A stretch of 64,000 nt of DNA from Candidatus Hydrogenedentota bacterium (GCA_045863335.1 BTVY01000020.1:1-64000), one strand, 5' to 3'; shown: positions 1-9,570, numbered from the stretch's first letter. A program made the numbers and translations. Notes: a model not told the origin generated them from the letters alone.

Positions 1-9
1 GAGCTACCT

Positions 10-62
10 AAGAGGACATTTCTAATGAGTTCAAAAGAGGACATTATCAGCAAGTCTTGACC
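10..62. mobile_element. Probable terminal repeat (one end) of an IS1202/ISNCY-like insertion sequence whose body lies upstream of the window
   Basis: AAGAGGACATT occurs twice (10-20, 35-45), 25 bp apart, followed by TTGAC at 57-61. This resembles the repeated GGACATT transposase-binding sites and TGTCAA-type terminus of IS1202-like ends. The context is AT-rich and no transposase is in the window. Confidence 0.5.
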
Positions 63-146
63 TTCGGATAGATACTGAATTTGGGGTGAGCATATCAATC
101 GGTTTGCACTTGCTAGTAGAATCATATAAACCAATGGAGATGCTGT

Positions 147-359
147 GTGATGAAAATCACCAAGATCATTCCTGAAAGTGATTTGCGCCAGATCACCGCG
201 GCCAATCAAAGTCTCGAGAATTGTGAGATGCCGGAACACGAGAGGGAACTGTTTCGCCAGATCGCCCTCGGGGATCTTGAAATCGAACCGGGTAAGGGGT
301 ACCCGCTGGAAAGCGTAATGAGAGAAGCTGATACACTGCTGCGAGATGGGTCGTCGTGA
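147..359 (+). pseudogene. Internally deleted Phd/YefM-family antitoxin (70 aa)
   Basis: N-terminal KIIPESDLRQ and C-terminal EHERELFRQIALGDLEIEPGKGYPLESVMREADTLL resemble, from memory, Phd/YefM antitoxins. The central P-x-x-I-T-x-x-G-R segment is missing. GGAG RBS at 136-139. Confidence 0.55.
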
Positions 360-1735
360 AGATCGCGCATTCTCGTCAAGCGCGCGCTAGCGCCATCTGT
401 GCCGCAGCCTTGATGCTTATCCTTTTGCCCTGGTGTAAATCGGCAGCGGAAGAATCCCCCGCCGGGATGGTTACCTTGGACGGGAACGCGCTACAGGCCA
501 ACGGCCGCCACTTCCTCGGCCTTGGCGCGACGTATTTCCGCGCACTGGAACGCGCTCGCAACGACCGGGAACGCTTTCGCAGGGACCTGGCCTTCCTTTC
601 CGAACAGAAGTTCGATTACATCCGCATCCTTTCGATGGTGGGATGGTATGAAGCGTGGAAGGGGCTTGAAATCGCCCCAGTGCGTTTTGCGAACCGTTCC
701 GGCGAACGCGTGGAGGCATGGCCGGACTACTGGGAACAGCTTTGCGACCTCATTGATATCGCCTACGACGATTACGGCATCCGCACGCAGATCACCATCT
801 TTGCAGACGCGCAACTCATGCCGGAGAAATCCGACCGCATCCGGCACGCCCAAACCCTGCTGGACCATCTGAAGACGCGCGAGCACAAAGTTATCCTCCT
901 GGAAGTGGCAAACGAATCCTGGCAGAACGGATTCCCCGGCGAAGAAGGCATGGAAGAGGTCCGCGAGCTGGGCCGGTACCTTTCCGACTGCACGGACATC
1001 CTGGTCGCCTTGTCCGATTCGATTGATGCCGACAACGCGAGCCTCTTCGCCATGAACCGCGGGGGTGTAGCCGATATTGCCACGGAACATTTCGAGCGGG
1101 ATCGCGATCCCGTGGAAGGCACGTGGCGCCACGTGCGTGCGCCGTGGCGGGTGCGGTCGGTCGACGGTATCCCGCCCGTGAGTAACAACGAGCCGATGGG
1201 ACCCGGCTCCTCCGTGACAACCGAGGACGACCCGATCAAGATTGTCTCGGCAGCGGCCTTTTCGTACATCGCGCAACTGCCCATGTACGTCTACCACTGC
1301 GAGGCAGGCGTGTTCGGCCGGACGCGATTCGAAGATCAACCGGGCATCCGGGAATGCCGACACCTCAAGCAGATCCTCCCGCCCGATCTTCCCAACTGGA
1401 CACCAAACGACGGTCTCGAAGCTGCTGCCCCGTTTACGGTCTTCGCCGACGAACAGCCGAATACCTACTGGCCCGATGCGCCCGAGTCCCAAAGCGGCGT
1501 TGTGAGAAACATCGGCGCCACACGGGACACCGAATTTGTAGCGTTGCTCATGGGGATACTTCCGGGCGGCGTCGTGCTCGAAGCGCGGCGCGCCATGGAA
1601 CTAACCGTGTACAATCCGTTGTCGGGGACTGCCGTGCTCGAAAGTCGGTTGGAGAAAGGCGAGCAGTTTCACTTGGCGCAAGGCGCGGGGGCTAACGTCA
1701 TCCGCGGTCGGTTCACCGGCTATACGCTGCCTTGA
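356..1735 (+). CDS. Secreted putative glycoside hydrolase (clan GH-A-like TIM barrel)
   Basis: Signal-like N-terminus, YIRI strand, LLEVANE acid/base-like motif and SNNEP nucleophile-like motif. GTGA overlap with the upstream ORF. Confidence 0.5.
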   Translation: MKIAHSRQARASAICAAALMLILLPWCKSAAEESPAGMVTLDGNALQANGRHFLGLGATYFRALERARNDRERFRRDLAFLSEQKFDYIRILSMVGWYEAWKGLEIAPVRFANRSGERVEAWPDYWEQLCDLIDIAYDDYGIRTQITIFADAQLMPEKSDRIRHAQTLLDHLKTREHKVILLEVANESWQNGFPGEEGMEEVRELGRYLSDCTDILVALSDSIDADNASLFAMNRGGVADIATEHFERDRDPVEGTWRHVRAPWRVRSVDGIPPVSNNEPMGPGSSVTTEDDPIKIVSAAAFSYIAQLPMYVYHCEAGVFGRTRFEDQPGIRECRHLKQILPPDLPNWTPNDGLEAAAPFTVFADEQPNTYWPDAPESQSGVVRNIGATRDTEFVALLMGILPGGVVLEARRAMELTVYNPLSGTAVLESRLEKGEQFHLAQGAGANVIRGRFTGYTLP

Positions 1736-1768
1736 CTTCCCTCCACCTGCCCGTCAATATCGCTTTCC

Positions 1769-2992
1769 ATGAATCTCATCCAACAGTTCTTCAAGCGTTT
1801 GGGTCCTGGGTTGATTACGGCTTCGGTCGTGCTGGGGCCGGGGAGCATCATTGCATCCAGCCGGGCCGGTGCGGAGGCGGGCTACGGCCTCATCTGGGTC
1901 GTTGTTGCCGCAGGCATCTTGATGGCCACCTATACCGCCATGGGCGCGCGGCTGGGTTGCGCATTGGATACGACTCCCCTCGCGTATCTCTCCGTACACC
2001 GGGGGCGAATCTTGTCCGTGCTGGTCGGATTGTCGGCCTTTTTCGTGTGCGCGGGCTTCCAGTTCGGGAACAACCTGGGCGTGTCGTTTGCCGTGAGCGG
2101 CGTGACCGGCACGCCCCTGTGGATTTGGCCCATCGTGTTCACGGGCCTGTCCCTGGCGTTCCTCTTCTTCGCGCGGCACGTCTACGTGGTGCTGGAACGC
2201 CTGATGATGCTGCTCGTTGCAGTGATGATTATCTGCTTTGTCACCAACCTCTTCTTCACCGGATTGAGTGTGCCGAAGCTGGTCACCGGGCTCGTGCCGA
2301 GACTCGGTCCCGGTCAGGCCACGATTGCCGCGGCCATGCTGGCCACGAACTTCTCGATCATCGCCGCCTTGTACCAGGCCTACCTCGTGCGTGCGAAAGG
2401 CTGGAACCGGGACAATCTGGGCAACGCCGTCGGCGACGCCTGGACCGGGATCGCCATCCTGGCAACCATCGTCGTCGTCATTATGATCGGCGCGGCCCAG
2501 ACCCTTTTTGGAACCGGCGCGGATTTTCAATCCGGGGGCGATCTGGCAAATCAGTTCGGCGAACTGCTCGGACCCTTCGCCAACGTCGTCTTCTGCCTGG
2601 GACTCGGCGCGGCATCATTCTCGTCGTTCATCGTCAACGCCTGCGCTGGCGGCGCGATCCTGGCCGACGGCCTTGGTCTCGATTCCCGCATGGAAGGCAA
2701 ACCCACACGCCTGCTTGCCGCGGTTTGTATGATCATCGGCTGTATCGTCGGAATCACGACGCTCCTCTACAGCGCCGGCACAACTACTTCGGTTTTGCTG
2801 GCACAGGCCTCAACGCTGATCGCGGCGCCGCTGGCGGGGATCATCCTGCTGGTCATCACGTCCAGCAAGAAGACGATGGGCGATTTGCGAAATGGCCCTG
2901 TTAGCATCGGCCTGGGGATCATTGGGCTGGCGATGCTGGGATTTCTGTTCTGGCGAACGCTAACCTCGATTGCGGGGTCTCTGTTCGGTTAG
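1769..2992 (+). CDS. Nramp-related (APC-fold) membrane transporter
   Basis: LGPGLITASVVLGPGSI N-terminus, about 11 hydrophobic segments and a C-terminal KKTMGDLRNG motif typical of Nramp-like proteins. The canonical DPGN is replaced by GPGS. Confidence 0.8.
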   Translation: MNLIQQFFKRLGPGLITASVVLGPGSIIASSRAGAEAGYGLIWVVVAAGILMATYTAMGARLGCALDTTPLAYLSVHRGRILSVLVGLSAFFVCAGFQFGNNLGVSFAVSGVTGTPLWIWPIVFTGLSLAFLFFARHVYVVLERLMMLLVAVMIICFVTNLFFTGLSVPKLVTGLVPRLGPGQATIAAAMLATNFSIIAALYQAYLVRAKGWNRDNLGNAVGDAWTGIAILATIVVVIMIGAAQTLFGTGADFQSGGDLANQFGELLGPFANVVFCLGLGAASFSSFIVNACAGGAILADGLGLDSRMEGKPTRLLAAVCMIIGCIVGITTLLYSAGTTTSVLLAQASTLIAAPLAGIILLVITSSKKTMGDLRNGPVSIGLGIIGLAMLGFLFWRTLTSIAGSLFG

Positions 2993-3011
2993 CTGCTGTC
3001 TCTGCCGTCCC

Positions 3012-3923
3012 TCAAAGTTCGATCGATGGATCCATGATCCCGATAAACCGCTTCGCCTGGGCGGAGAGCACCTTCCCCTTGCGCAACACGACCCCATAGG
3101 TTCGGTTCGGGAAATACTTGCCCACGGGGATCACGGCGAGGTTTTCGTCGCCGGTGATACAGATGCTCATGACGATCGATATTCCCAGCCCCAGCTCCAC
3201 ATAGGTCTTGATGACTTCCCAGCCCCCCACTTCGAGTTTCACTTCGTACTTGAGACCGCGCTGGGCGAACACGCTCTCCACGATGCGCCACGTGCTCAAA
3301 TGCCGGGGCGGCAGGATGAGCGGGTACTTGGAAATGTCCTTCAACGTCACCCGTTCTTTCGTCGCGAGCGGGTGATCGCGCGGCGCGATGAGCACCGGCT
3401 CGTACGAGAGGATCGGGTAAAACACGACGTCATCCGGCGTATCCAGCAAGGGCCCGACGGCGAAATCGACTTCGCCTTCGCGCAACAGCGCCAAGCCGTC
3501 CCGCCCGGTGACATTCTGAATCTTCAGTTCGATCCCCGGATACGCCTTCACGAAGGCCTCCACGAACCGCGGCAACACATAGAGTATCGTCGAACCGCCG
3601 GCAGCCAGGTCCACGCGCCCGTGATCCACCTGATCGCGACGGGCGATGAAGTCGTCTTCCAGCGAGTCGATCCCGTCAACCAGGGGTTGCGCCAACTCCA
3701 TCAGCAACTGCCCATCCGGCGTAAGGTCGATCTTGGGCCCGCGCCGTTCAAAGAGCGTCGTCTTGAGTTCCCGTTCGAGAGCCTGAATCTGGAGGGAGAC
3801 CGACGGCTGGCTGAGCCCCATGCGTTCGGCGGCTTTGGAGATACTCTTCTCGCGCGCCGCGTAATAGAAACCACGCAGTTGTTGAAGACGGTTCTGTTTA
3901 TATCGAATCGGATGTTTCGCCAT
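3012..3923 (-). CDS. LysR-family transcriptional regulator (CysB/Cbl-like)
   Basis: HTH region SISKAAERMGLSQPSVSLQIQALERELKTTLFER, LTPDG, and VELGLGISI in the substrate-binding domain. Start moved to the ATG at 3923. Confidence 0.93.
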   Translation of the reverse strand: MAKHPIRYKQNRLQQLRGFYYAAREKSISKAAERMGLSQPSVSLQIQALERELKTTLFERRGPKIDLTPDGQLLMELAQPLVDGIDSLEDDFIARRDQVDHGRVDLAAGGSTILYVLPRFVEAFVKAYPGIELKIQNVTGRDGLALLREGEVDFAVGPLLDTPDDVVFYPILSYEPVLIAPRDHPLATKERVTLKDISKYPLILPPRHLSTWRIVESVFAQRGLKYEVKLEVGGWEVIKTYVELGLGISIVMSICITGDENLAVIPVGKYFPNRTYGVVLRKGKVLSAQAKRFIGIMDPSIEL

Positions 3924-3939
3924 AGTACCGCCACCGTGT

Positions 3940-3954
3940 ATTGACAAAGTCAAT
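3940..3954. promoter_or_regulatory. Candidate LysR binding site (T-N11-A dyad) in the divergent promoter region
   Basis: ATTGAC-AAA-GTCAAT has perfect arms. The core TTGACAAAGTCAA fits T-N11-A and lies just upstream of the LysR start. Confidence 0.5.
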
Positions 3955-4104
3955 TCTATACCTCGTGTCCATTGCATTGCGAATCGGCTGCACAACCCCG
4001 CGCCAATTTGGCGTGGGGTTATCCCGCGCGGTAGGATGTGCGGCGCACGTGCATCTCTGACAACAGCAAACGCGTTATCCTTATACTTGGGGAGTGTCTA
4101 CTTC

Positions 4105-5283
4105 ATGACCGCAAGCTTCTATCCGCCTGAGCGCACCCTCATGGGTCCCGGACCCTCGGACCTGAACCCTCGCGTTCTCGCCGCGCTGTCCCGCCCAACA
4201 ATCGGTCATCTCGATCCGGAGTTTATCCGCATGATGGACGAGGTGAAGTCGCTGCTTCAGTACGCGTTCCAGTCGAAGAACACCGTGACCTTCCCGGTAT
4301 CCGCTCCGGGGTCCGCCGGGATGGAATGCTGTTTCGTCAATCTCGTGGAACCCGGCGACAAGGTCATCGTCTGCCAGAACGGCGTCTTCGGCGGACGCAT
4401 GAAAGAGAACGTGGAACGCTGCGGCGGAACGGCCATCATGGTCCAGGACGAGTGGGGCGCGCCCGTCGATCCAGGCAAGGCGGCGGACGCGCTGAAGGCG
4501 AATCCTGACGCGAAAATCCTCGCCTTTGTGCAGGCGGAAACGTCGACCGGCGCCGAGTCGGACGTGAAAACCCTCGTGGAACTTGCCCACAGATACGATT
4601 GCCTCACCATCGTGGACGCCGTGACCGCGTTGGGGGGAACCCCGGTCAAAGTCGATGAGTGGGGTGTGGACGCCATCTACTCGGGCACGCAGAAATGCCT
4701 CTCCGCGCCCCCCGGAATCGCACCCGTCAGTTTCGGCGACCGGGCGGTCGAAGCGATCACGGCGCGCAAGACCAAAGTGCAGTCCTGGTTTCTGGACCTG
4801 CAATTGGTGCTTTCGTACTGGGGCGGCGAGGGCAAGCGCGCGTACCATCACACCGCACCCATCAATCAGCTCTACGCCTTGCACGAGGCGCTGGTCATCC
4901 TCCGGGAAGAAGGCCTTGAGGCGGCGTGGGCGCGGCACGCGCTGAACCACCGGGCCTTACGAGCCGGGTTCGAGGCCATGGGACTGTCTTTTGTGGTTGC
5001 GGAACACTGTCGGCTGCCCCAATTGAATGCCGTTTCCGTGCCCGAGGGAGTCGATGAGGCGAAGGTGCGGTCGGCATTGCTCCGCGAATACAGTCTGGAA
5101 ATCGGCGCAGGCCTGGGCACGATGGCCGGCAAGATCTGGCGCATTGGCCTCATGGGTCACGCCTCCAGCCAAAGAAACGTACTGCTGTGCCTCGGTGCCA
5201 TGGATGCCGTGCTTGGAAGCATGGGCGCACCCATCGAGCGTGGCGTCGCTGTGGCCGCGGCCAATGCCGTGTACGCGGCTTGA
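4105..5283 (+). CDS. Alanine-glyoxylate/serine-pyruvate aminotransferase (class V PLP enzyme)
   Basis: RTLMGPGPS, AETSTG, IVDAVT, the SGTQKCLSAPPG PLP-lysine motif, YHHTAP and WRIGLMG. GGGGAG RBS before ATG 4105. Confidence 0.93.
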   Translation: MTASFYPPERTLMGPGPSDLNPRVLAALSRPTIGHLDPEFIRMMDEVKSLLQYAFQSKNTVTFPVSAPGSAGMECCFVNLVEPGDKVIVCQNGVFGGRMKENVERCGGTAIMVQDEWGAPVDPGKAADALKANPDAKILAFVQAETSTGAESDVKTLVELAHRYDCLTIVDAVTALGGTPVKVDEWGVDAIYSGTQKCLSAPPGIAPVSFGDRAVEAITARKTKVQSWFLDLQLVLSYWGGEGKRAYHHTAPINQLYALHEALVILREEGLEAAWARHALNHRALRAGFEAMGLSFVVAEHCRLPQLNAVSVPEGVDEAKVRSALLREYSLEIGAGLGTMAGKIWRIGLMGHASSQRNVLLCLGAMDAVLGSMGAPIERGVAVAAANAVYAA

Positions 5284-5395
5284 CCTCATGGAGGGGTGTA
5301 AGTAGTATCATCCGGGCTTTGGCTGCGGCAGGGTTACGCAGCGCAGGCACATCATCAAGGGGTGTAATCGACGCACGGGCCGGAGGGAGCAGACC

Positions 5396-6715
5396 ATGAA
5401 TCGACGGATCTTGTTTTGGGCGAGCAACATTGCCCTGATTGCGACCGCAATGTCGTTCGCCATTCGCGGCGATATTATGACGGACTTTGAGTCCGAGTTC
5501 GTGCAACCCTATGTGGACGCGCAACACGAAAGCGGCGTTGCCTCGTCGTTGCCGGACTGGGCAAACACCATCCTGGGCATCAGCGAAGAGACAGACCTCG
5601 TCAAGCAGAATCTGGGGATCATTGCCGGCATCGCGTTTCTCTCGTTTGGCTTCGCAATCATTTTCGGAGGGCCGCTAGTCGATCTTCTGGGCATGGGCAA
5701 CCTGCTGCGACTCGCGGCCGCATGCCATATCGGGGGCGTTCTGCTTACCATATTCGCCCCGAGCTTCTGGGTTGTGGTGTTTGCGACATTCGTAGTGGGG
5801 GCCGGCAACGGATTAGTGGAAGCGGTCTGTAACCCCTTGATCGCGACACTCTATCCTGAAGAAAAGACCCACAAACTGACCCTGTTCCATGCCTGGTTCC
5901 CCGGCGGTATCGTAATCGGCGGTGTGTTGGCCTGGCTCTTGTCCGAAGATCAGATTGGGCTTGCGCCCGAAATCGGTTGGAAAATCAAGATGGCGCTGAT
6001 CCTGATTCCGGCCGTGATTTACACATTCATGATCATGGGCCAGAAATTCCCCGCCACCGAGCGCGTGGCTTCGGGCGTCCCCTTCAGCGAGATGTTCTCA
6101 GAGGCGCTACGACGACCCCTCTTCTATATTCTGTTCGTCGTCATGTGGCTTACCGCTGCGACGGAGTTGGGCACGGGCCAATGGATCGCCAACATCTACA
6201 ACGACCTTCTTGGCGGTCGCGGCGGAATTCTGGCGCTGGTTTGGGGGAGCATTCTCATGTACATTCTGCGCCAATTCTTCAGCAAACCCGTCCACGCATT
6301 CCTGACGCCCGTGGCACTGATGATGGTGACCGCGCCGGTGGCTGCGTTGGGACTGTTCCTCTTCTACTATGCGAACAGCGCGCCCATGTTCTTCTTCGCC
6401 GCGACCCTGGTGTATGTTGGCGTGTGTTTCTGGTGGCCAACCATGCTCGGAATTACGAGCGAGCGCTGCCCGAAGACCGGCGCGCTTGGCCTCGCCATCA
6501 TCGGTGGTGTGGGAAGTTTTTCGACGTCCATCGCCGGCCCGATCATCGGCCGCATCAACGACAACTTTGGCGCGGCCCGCGCCTTGCAGATTTGGGCTAT
6601 CCTGCCGGTTATCGTCACAGTCGTCTTCCTCCTGGTCTACCTCTCCGACAAAGCCAAAGGCGGCTACCAGAAGGAGAAGTTGGAGGCCCTGAAAGAAGCC
6701 GAAGCCGCGGAATAG
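5396..6715 (+). CDS. MFS transporter (sugar-type)
   Basis: About 12 hydrophobic helices. GAGNGLVEAVCNPLIATLYP, HAWFPGG and WPTMLG motifs. Confidence 0.88.
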   Translation: MNRRILFWASNIALIATAMSFAIRGDIMTDFESEFVQPYVDAQHESGVASSLPDWANTILGISEETDLVKQNLGIIAGIAFLSFGFAIIFGGPLVDLLGMGNLLRLAAACHIGGVLLTIFAPSFWVVVFATFVVGAGNGLVEAVCNPLIATLYPEEKTHKLTLFHAWFPGGIVIGGVLAWLLSEDQIGLAPEIGWKIKMALILIPAVIYTFMIMGQKFPATERVASGVPFSEMFSEALRRPLFYILFVVMWLTAATELGTGQWIANIYNDLLGGRGGILALVWGSILMYILRQFFSKPVHAFLTPVALMMVTAPVAALGLFLFYYANSAPMFFFAATLVYVGVCFWWPTMLGITSERCPKTGALGLAIIGGVGSFSTSIAGPIIGRINDNFGAARALQIWAILPVIVTVVFLLVYLSDKAKGGYQKEKLEALKEAEAAE

Positions 6716-6728
6716 CGAATCCTTACGG

Positions 6729-6770
6729 CAGCGCGGAGACCGGAAAAAGGGTCTCCGCGCTGTCTTGCTT
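6729..6770 (+). terminator. Probable intrinsic terminator
   Basis: 13-bp stem CAGCGCGGAGACC (6729-6741) / GGTCTCCGCGCTG (6750-6762) right after the MFS stop, with a weak T-rich tail. Confidence 0.6.
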
Positions 6771-6794
6771 ATGAAGCAACGGTATTGCTAGAAT
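6765..6794 (+). promoter_or_regulatory. Candidate sigma70 promoter for bamD-lptE-holA
   Basis: TTGCTT (6765-6770), an 18-nt spacer, and an extended -10 TG-C-TAGAAT (6786-6794). Confidence 0.45.
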
Positions 6795-6879
6795 CGCTCT
6801 TGTTGTCAGTGGCCGTTGGACTTACCGTCCACGGGCTACGTCCAATCGCGAACACGGTGAACCTGCTGGAGGCGTGAGA

Positions 6880-7863
6880 ATGCGCACATCCCTTTCCTGG
6901 GCCGTAGCGGCTCTGGTCCCGTTCCTACTCTTTCAAACCATTGCGGAAGCGCAATGGACCTGGTCGCCCCAGACGGGCCGCTTCATCAACGTGAAGCGCC
7001 TGCCCAAAGAGACCCCCGAGTTGCAGGTCGAGTTCGCGCGAAGCCTCATGATGCAGGGCGACTACAAGCGTGCGCTGCGGGAAACCGAGAAGTTCGAGAA
7101 TTATTACGCAGACACCGATTTCGCGGACGACAACCAGTTCCTTCGCGGCGAAATCAAAATGGCCCAAGGGGATCACCTCGCCGCCGCGCGGGAATTCCAG
7201 CAGGTGGTCACGACCTATCCAGAAAGCGAGCTATTCGACGACGTCATCGCCAAGCAGTACGAGATCGGCGATTTGTTCTACGACAAAGGCCAGGCAAACT
7301 TGGCAAAACGCTTCTGGCGCCCCTTTAAGAAGCGCCCCTTGCGCCGCGCGATTGACGTATACGCCATGGTGATCGACAATCAGCCGTTCACGGCTTCCGC
7401 CGCGGAAGCCCAGTACAAGGTCGGCCTGTGCCACTTCACGCTTGAGGAATACACCGAAGCGGCATACGAATACCGGCGCGTCATCGAAGACTACGCCGGC
7501 TCCGACTGGGTGGATGAAGCCAGTTATTCGCTCGCCATCACGTACTACAAAGCCTCCCTGCCTCCCGCCTACGATCAATCGCCGAGCCTGCTGGCGGTCA
7601 CCGCCATCGACGACTTTAAAGCCCGCTTCCCCGAGGACAGCCGCGTGGCTGAATTGGAAGGGATTCGGGGCGAAATGCTGAACAAGGTCGCCGAGCAGCG
7701 GCTCATGACGGCGAAATTCTACGAGAAACGCCGGAAGTTCGACTCCGCGGCGATTTACTATGAAGTGGTCGTGGAGCAATTCCCGAATACGCCCGCCGCC
7801 ACCGAAGCGGCAGCGTGGCTGGCCGAGCACGGCCACAGCAAACGGTGGACAGCCTCTTCATGA
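6880..7863 (+). CDS. bamD: Outer membrane protein assembly factor BamD
   Basis: Signal peptide, TPR-like repeats, YDQSP...F..RFPDS and AKFYEK...AAIYYE motifs. Conserved bamD-lptE-holA neighbourhood. Confidence 0.8.
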   Translation: MRTSLSWAVAALVPFLLFQTIAEAQWTWSPQTGRFINVKRLPKETPELQVEFARSLMMQGDYKRALRETEKFENYYADTDFADDNQFLRGEIKMAQGDHLAAAREFQQVVTTYPESELFDDVIAKQYEIGDLFYDKGQANLAKRFWRPFKKRPLRRAIDVYAMVIDNQPFTASAAEAQYKVGLCHFTLEEYTEAAYEYRRVIEDYAGSDWVDEASYSLAITYYKASLPPAYDQSPSLLAVTAIDDFKARFPEDSRVAELEGIRGEMLNKVAEQRLMTAKFYEKRRKFDSAAIYYEVVVEQFPNTPAATEAAAWLAEHGHSKRWTASS

Positions 7864-8426
7864 AGACCCGTTGGATAGCCTTTTCCGGGCTGGCACTCGC
7901 GATCGTCGCCGGGTCCGGCTGCGGGTACACGACTCACAGTTCGCTGGATGAGAAGTACCAGACGGTCTTTGTCTCCGCCTTTCAGAACATGAGCCGCGAG
8001 TATGACCTGCAAGCGCCGCTTACCAATGCGGTCACGCGCAAGTTCATCACCGACGGCCGGCTCCAGGTGGTCAATCGCGATGAGGCCGACCTCATCCTCG
8101 AAGGTGTCATTCTCGACTATCAGCTCAAGGGCGTCACCTACGACGAAGAAGACGAAGTCACCCAATTTCTCTGCGTCGTCATCGCGGGCGCACGCCTGAC
8201 GGACGGACACACCGGATCGGTTCTCTGGGAAGAACCGCGGATGGCCGGCGAAACCAGTTTCTATACGCGGGCTTCCGGCCAGTCATCGGATCGGCTTCGC
8301 GGAAACGCCGAGGTCTACTTGCCGACCGTTCGCTCCTTCGCGAGCGAGGAAGAAAACCGGGGCGCGTCAGAAGCCCTCGAACAATTGGCCTCGGATATCT
8401 TTTACCGCACCGTCGAGCCGTGGTAG
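7860..8426 (+). CDS. lptE: LPS assembly lipoprotein LptE family
   Basis: Lipobox-like GSGC-GY, TVFVSAFQN and ADLILEG motifs. ATGA overlap with bamD and located upstream of holA. Confidence 0.8.
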   Translation: MKTRWIAFSGLALAIVAGSGCGYTTHSSLDEKYQTVFVSAFQNMSREYDLQAPLTNAVTRKFITDGRLQVVNRDEADLILEGVILDYQLKGVTYDEEDEVTQFLCVVIAGARLTDGHTGSVLWEEPRMAGETSFYTRASGQSSDRLRGNAEVYLPTVRSFASEEENRGASEALEQLASDIFYRTVEPW

Positions 8427-8430
8427 CCCC

Positions 8431-9441
8431 TTGGAAGTCCAGGAGTTTCTGAAGAGCGTAGACAAGCAGGCTCCGGCCCCCGTTTACCTGTTCTGCCCAT
8501 ACAAAGCCCCCAACGCCCGGGAAGCCTCCTTTGAGCCCGTGCTGGCACAGCGCACCGTCGACCGGCTGGTTGCCCTTTATGTCGACCCCAGTACGCGGGA
8601 TCTGGCGTATACAACCTACTACGCCGACGAAGCCGATCCCGGAGAAATTGTGTCGGTTTGCCAGACCCTTCCCTTCCTGAGCGAGCGGCAGGTCGTCGTG
8701 ATTCACGGGGCGGAGCGCTACGAATCAGAGTCCGCAGCCGGCGCGCTTCTGAACTATCTGGAGAACCCCGCCGAATCCACCATTCTGATCCTGGTCGCGA
8801 CCCGGATTGACAAACGCTCAAAGCTATACAAAGTCTGTTCAAAAAACGCCACGGTCGTCGAATGCCCGGAACTGCGGGATCGAGACGCCATGACCTGGGC
8901 TAGCCAGGAATTCACACGACTCGGCAAGAACATCGACGGATCCGCCTTGAAGGAACTCATCGACCGCACCGGCACCCATCTCAGTGACGTGACAAACGCC
9001 ATCAATCTACTGGTCAACTTCGTTGGAACAAGCGAAACGGTCACCGCGTTGGACGTGGCCACCGCCTGCGCCGATGTGGCGGAAGAGGAAATCTGGTCGC
9101 TTACGGACGCCATTGCTTCCTCAGATACGGACAAAGCGGTGCGCGTATTGCGGGAAATCCTGGACCTCGGCAAGAACGAGTTCGAAATCCTGGGTTCCAT
9201 TAACTGGCTGCTGAAGACCGCGTACTTCGCGGCGCCCCCTTCCAATAACCGCCTGAAGCCCTTTCTCGCGAACAAAGTCCGGCCTCTGGCGGCGAAACTG
9301 GGTAAAGAGAAGTTCCGGGACGCCTTCTCATTGTGCATGGATACGGAAATCCTACTGCGGTCCACCGGAGTCGATCGTACGCTGGCTCTGGAACTTCTCG
9401 TCATCAAGCTGGCGGCGCCCCGGCGTACTGCGCGAGTGTGA
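8431..9441 (+). CDS. holA: DNA polymerase III delta subunit
   Basis: PVYLF, QTLPFLSERQVVVI, YLENP, IDKRSKLYK and IWSLTDAI motifs, plus a C-terminal LELLVIKL. Confidence 0.9.
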   Translation: MEVQEFLKSVDKQAPAPVYLFCPYKAPNAREASFEPVLAQRTVDRLVALYVDPSTRDLAYTTYYADEADPGEIVSVCQTLPFLSERQVVVIHGAERYESESAAGALLNYLENPAESTILILVATRIDKRSKLYKVCSKNATVVECPELRDRDAMTWASQEFTRLGKNIDGSALKELIDRTGTHLSDVTNAINLLVNFVGTSETVTALDVATACADVAEEEIWSLTDAIASSDTDKAVRVLREILDLGKNEFEILGSINWLLKTAYFAAPPSNNRLKPFLANKVRPLAAKLGKEKFRDAFSLCMDTEILLRSTGVDRTLALELLVIKLAAPRRTARV

Positions 9442-9570
9442 CGGTAATTGGTTCTCGTTGCAATACGGCGAGATTCGGCACTACAATACGGCCATAATGA
9501 CTCGCCAGAACGGGCAAAGACGAGCCAGTGGAACCAACGCTACCGTTCCACCGGTATGGGTTTTGATTAG

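Noticed and set aside
61-90. CCTTCGGATAG next to the IS-like end as a XerC arm of a dif/pdif site
   Set aside because: There is no XerD-like TTATGTTAAAT arm at the required 6-bp spacing.
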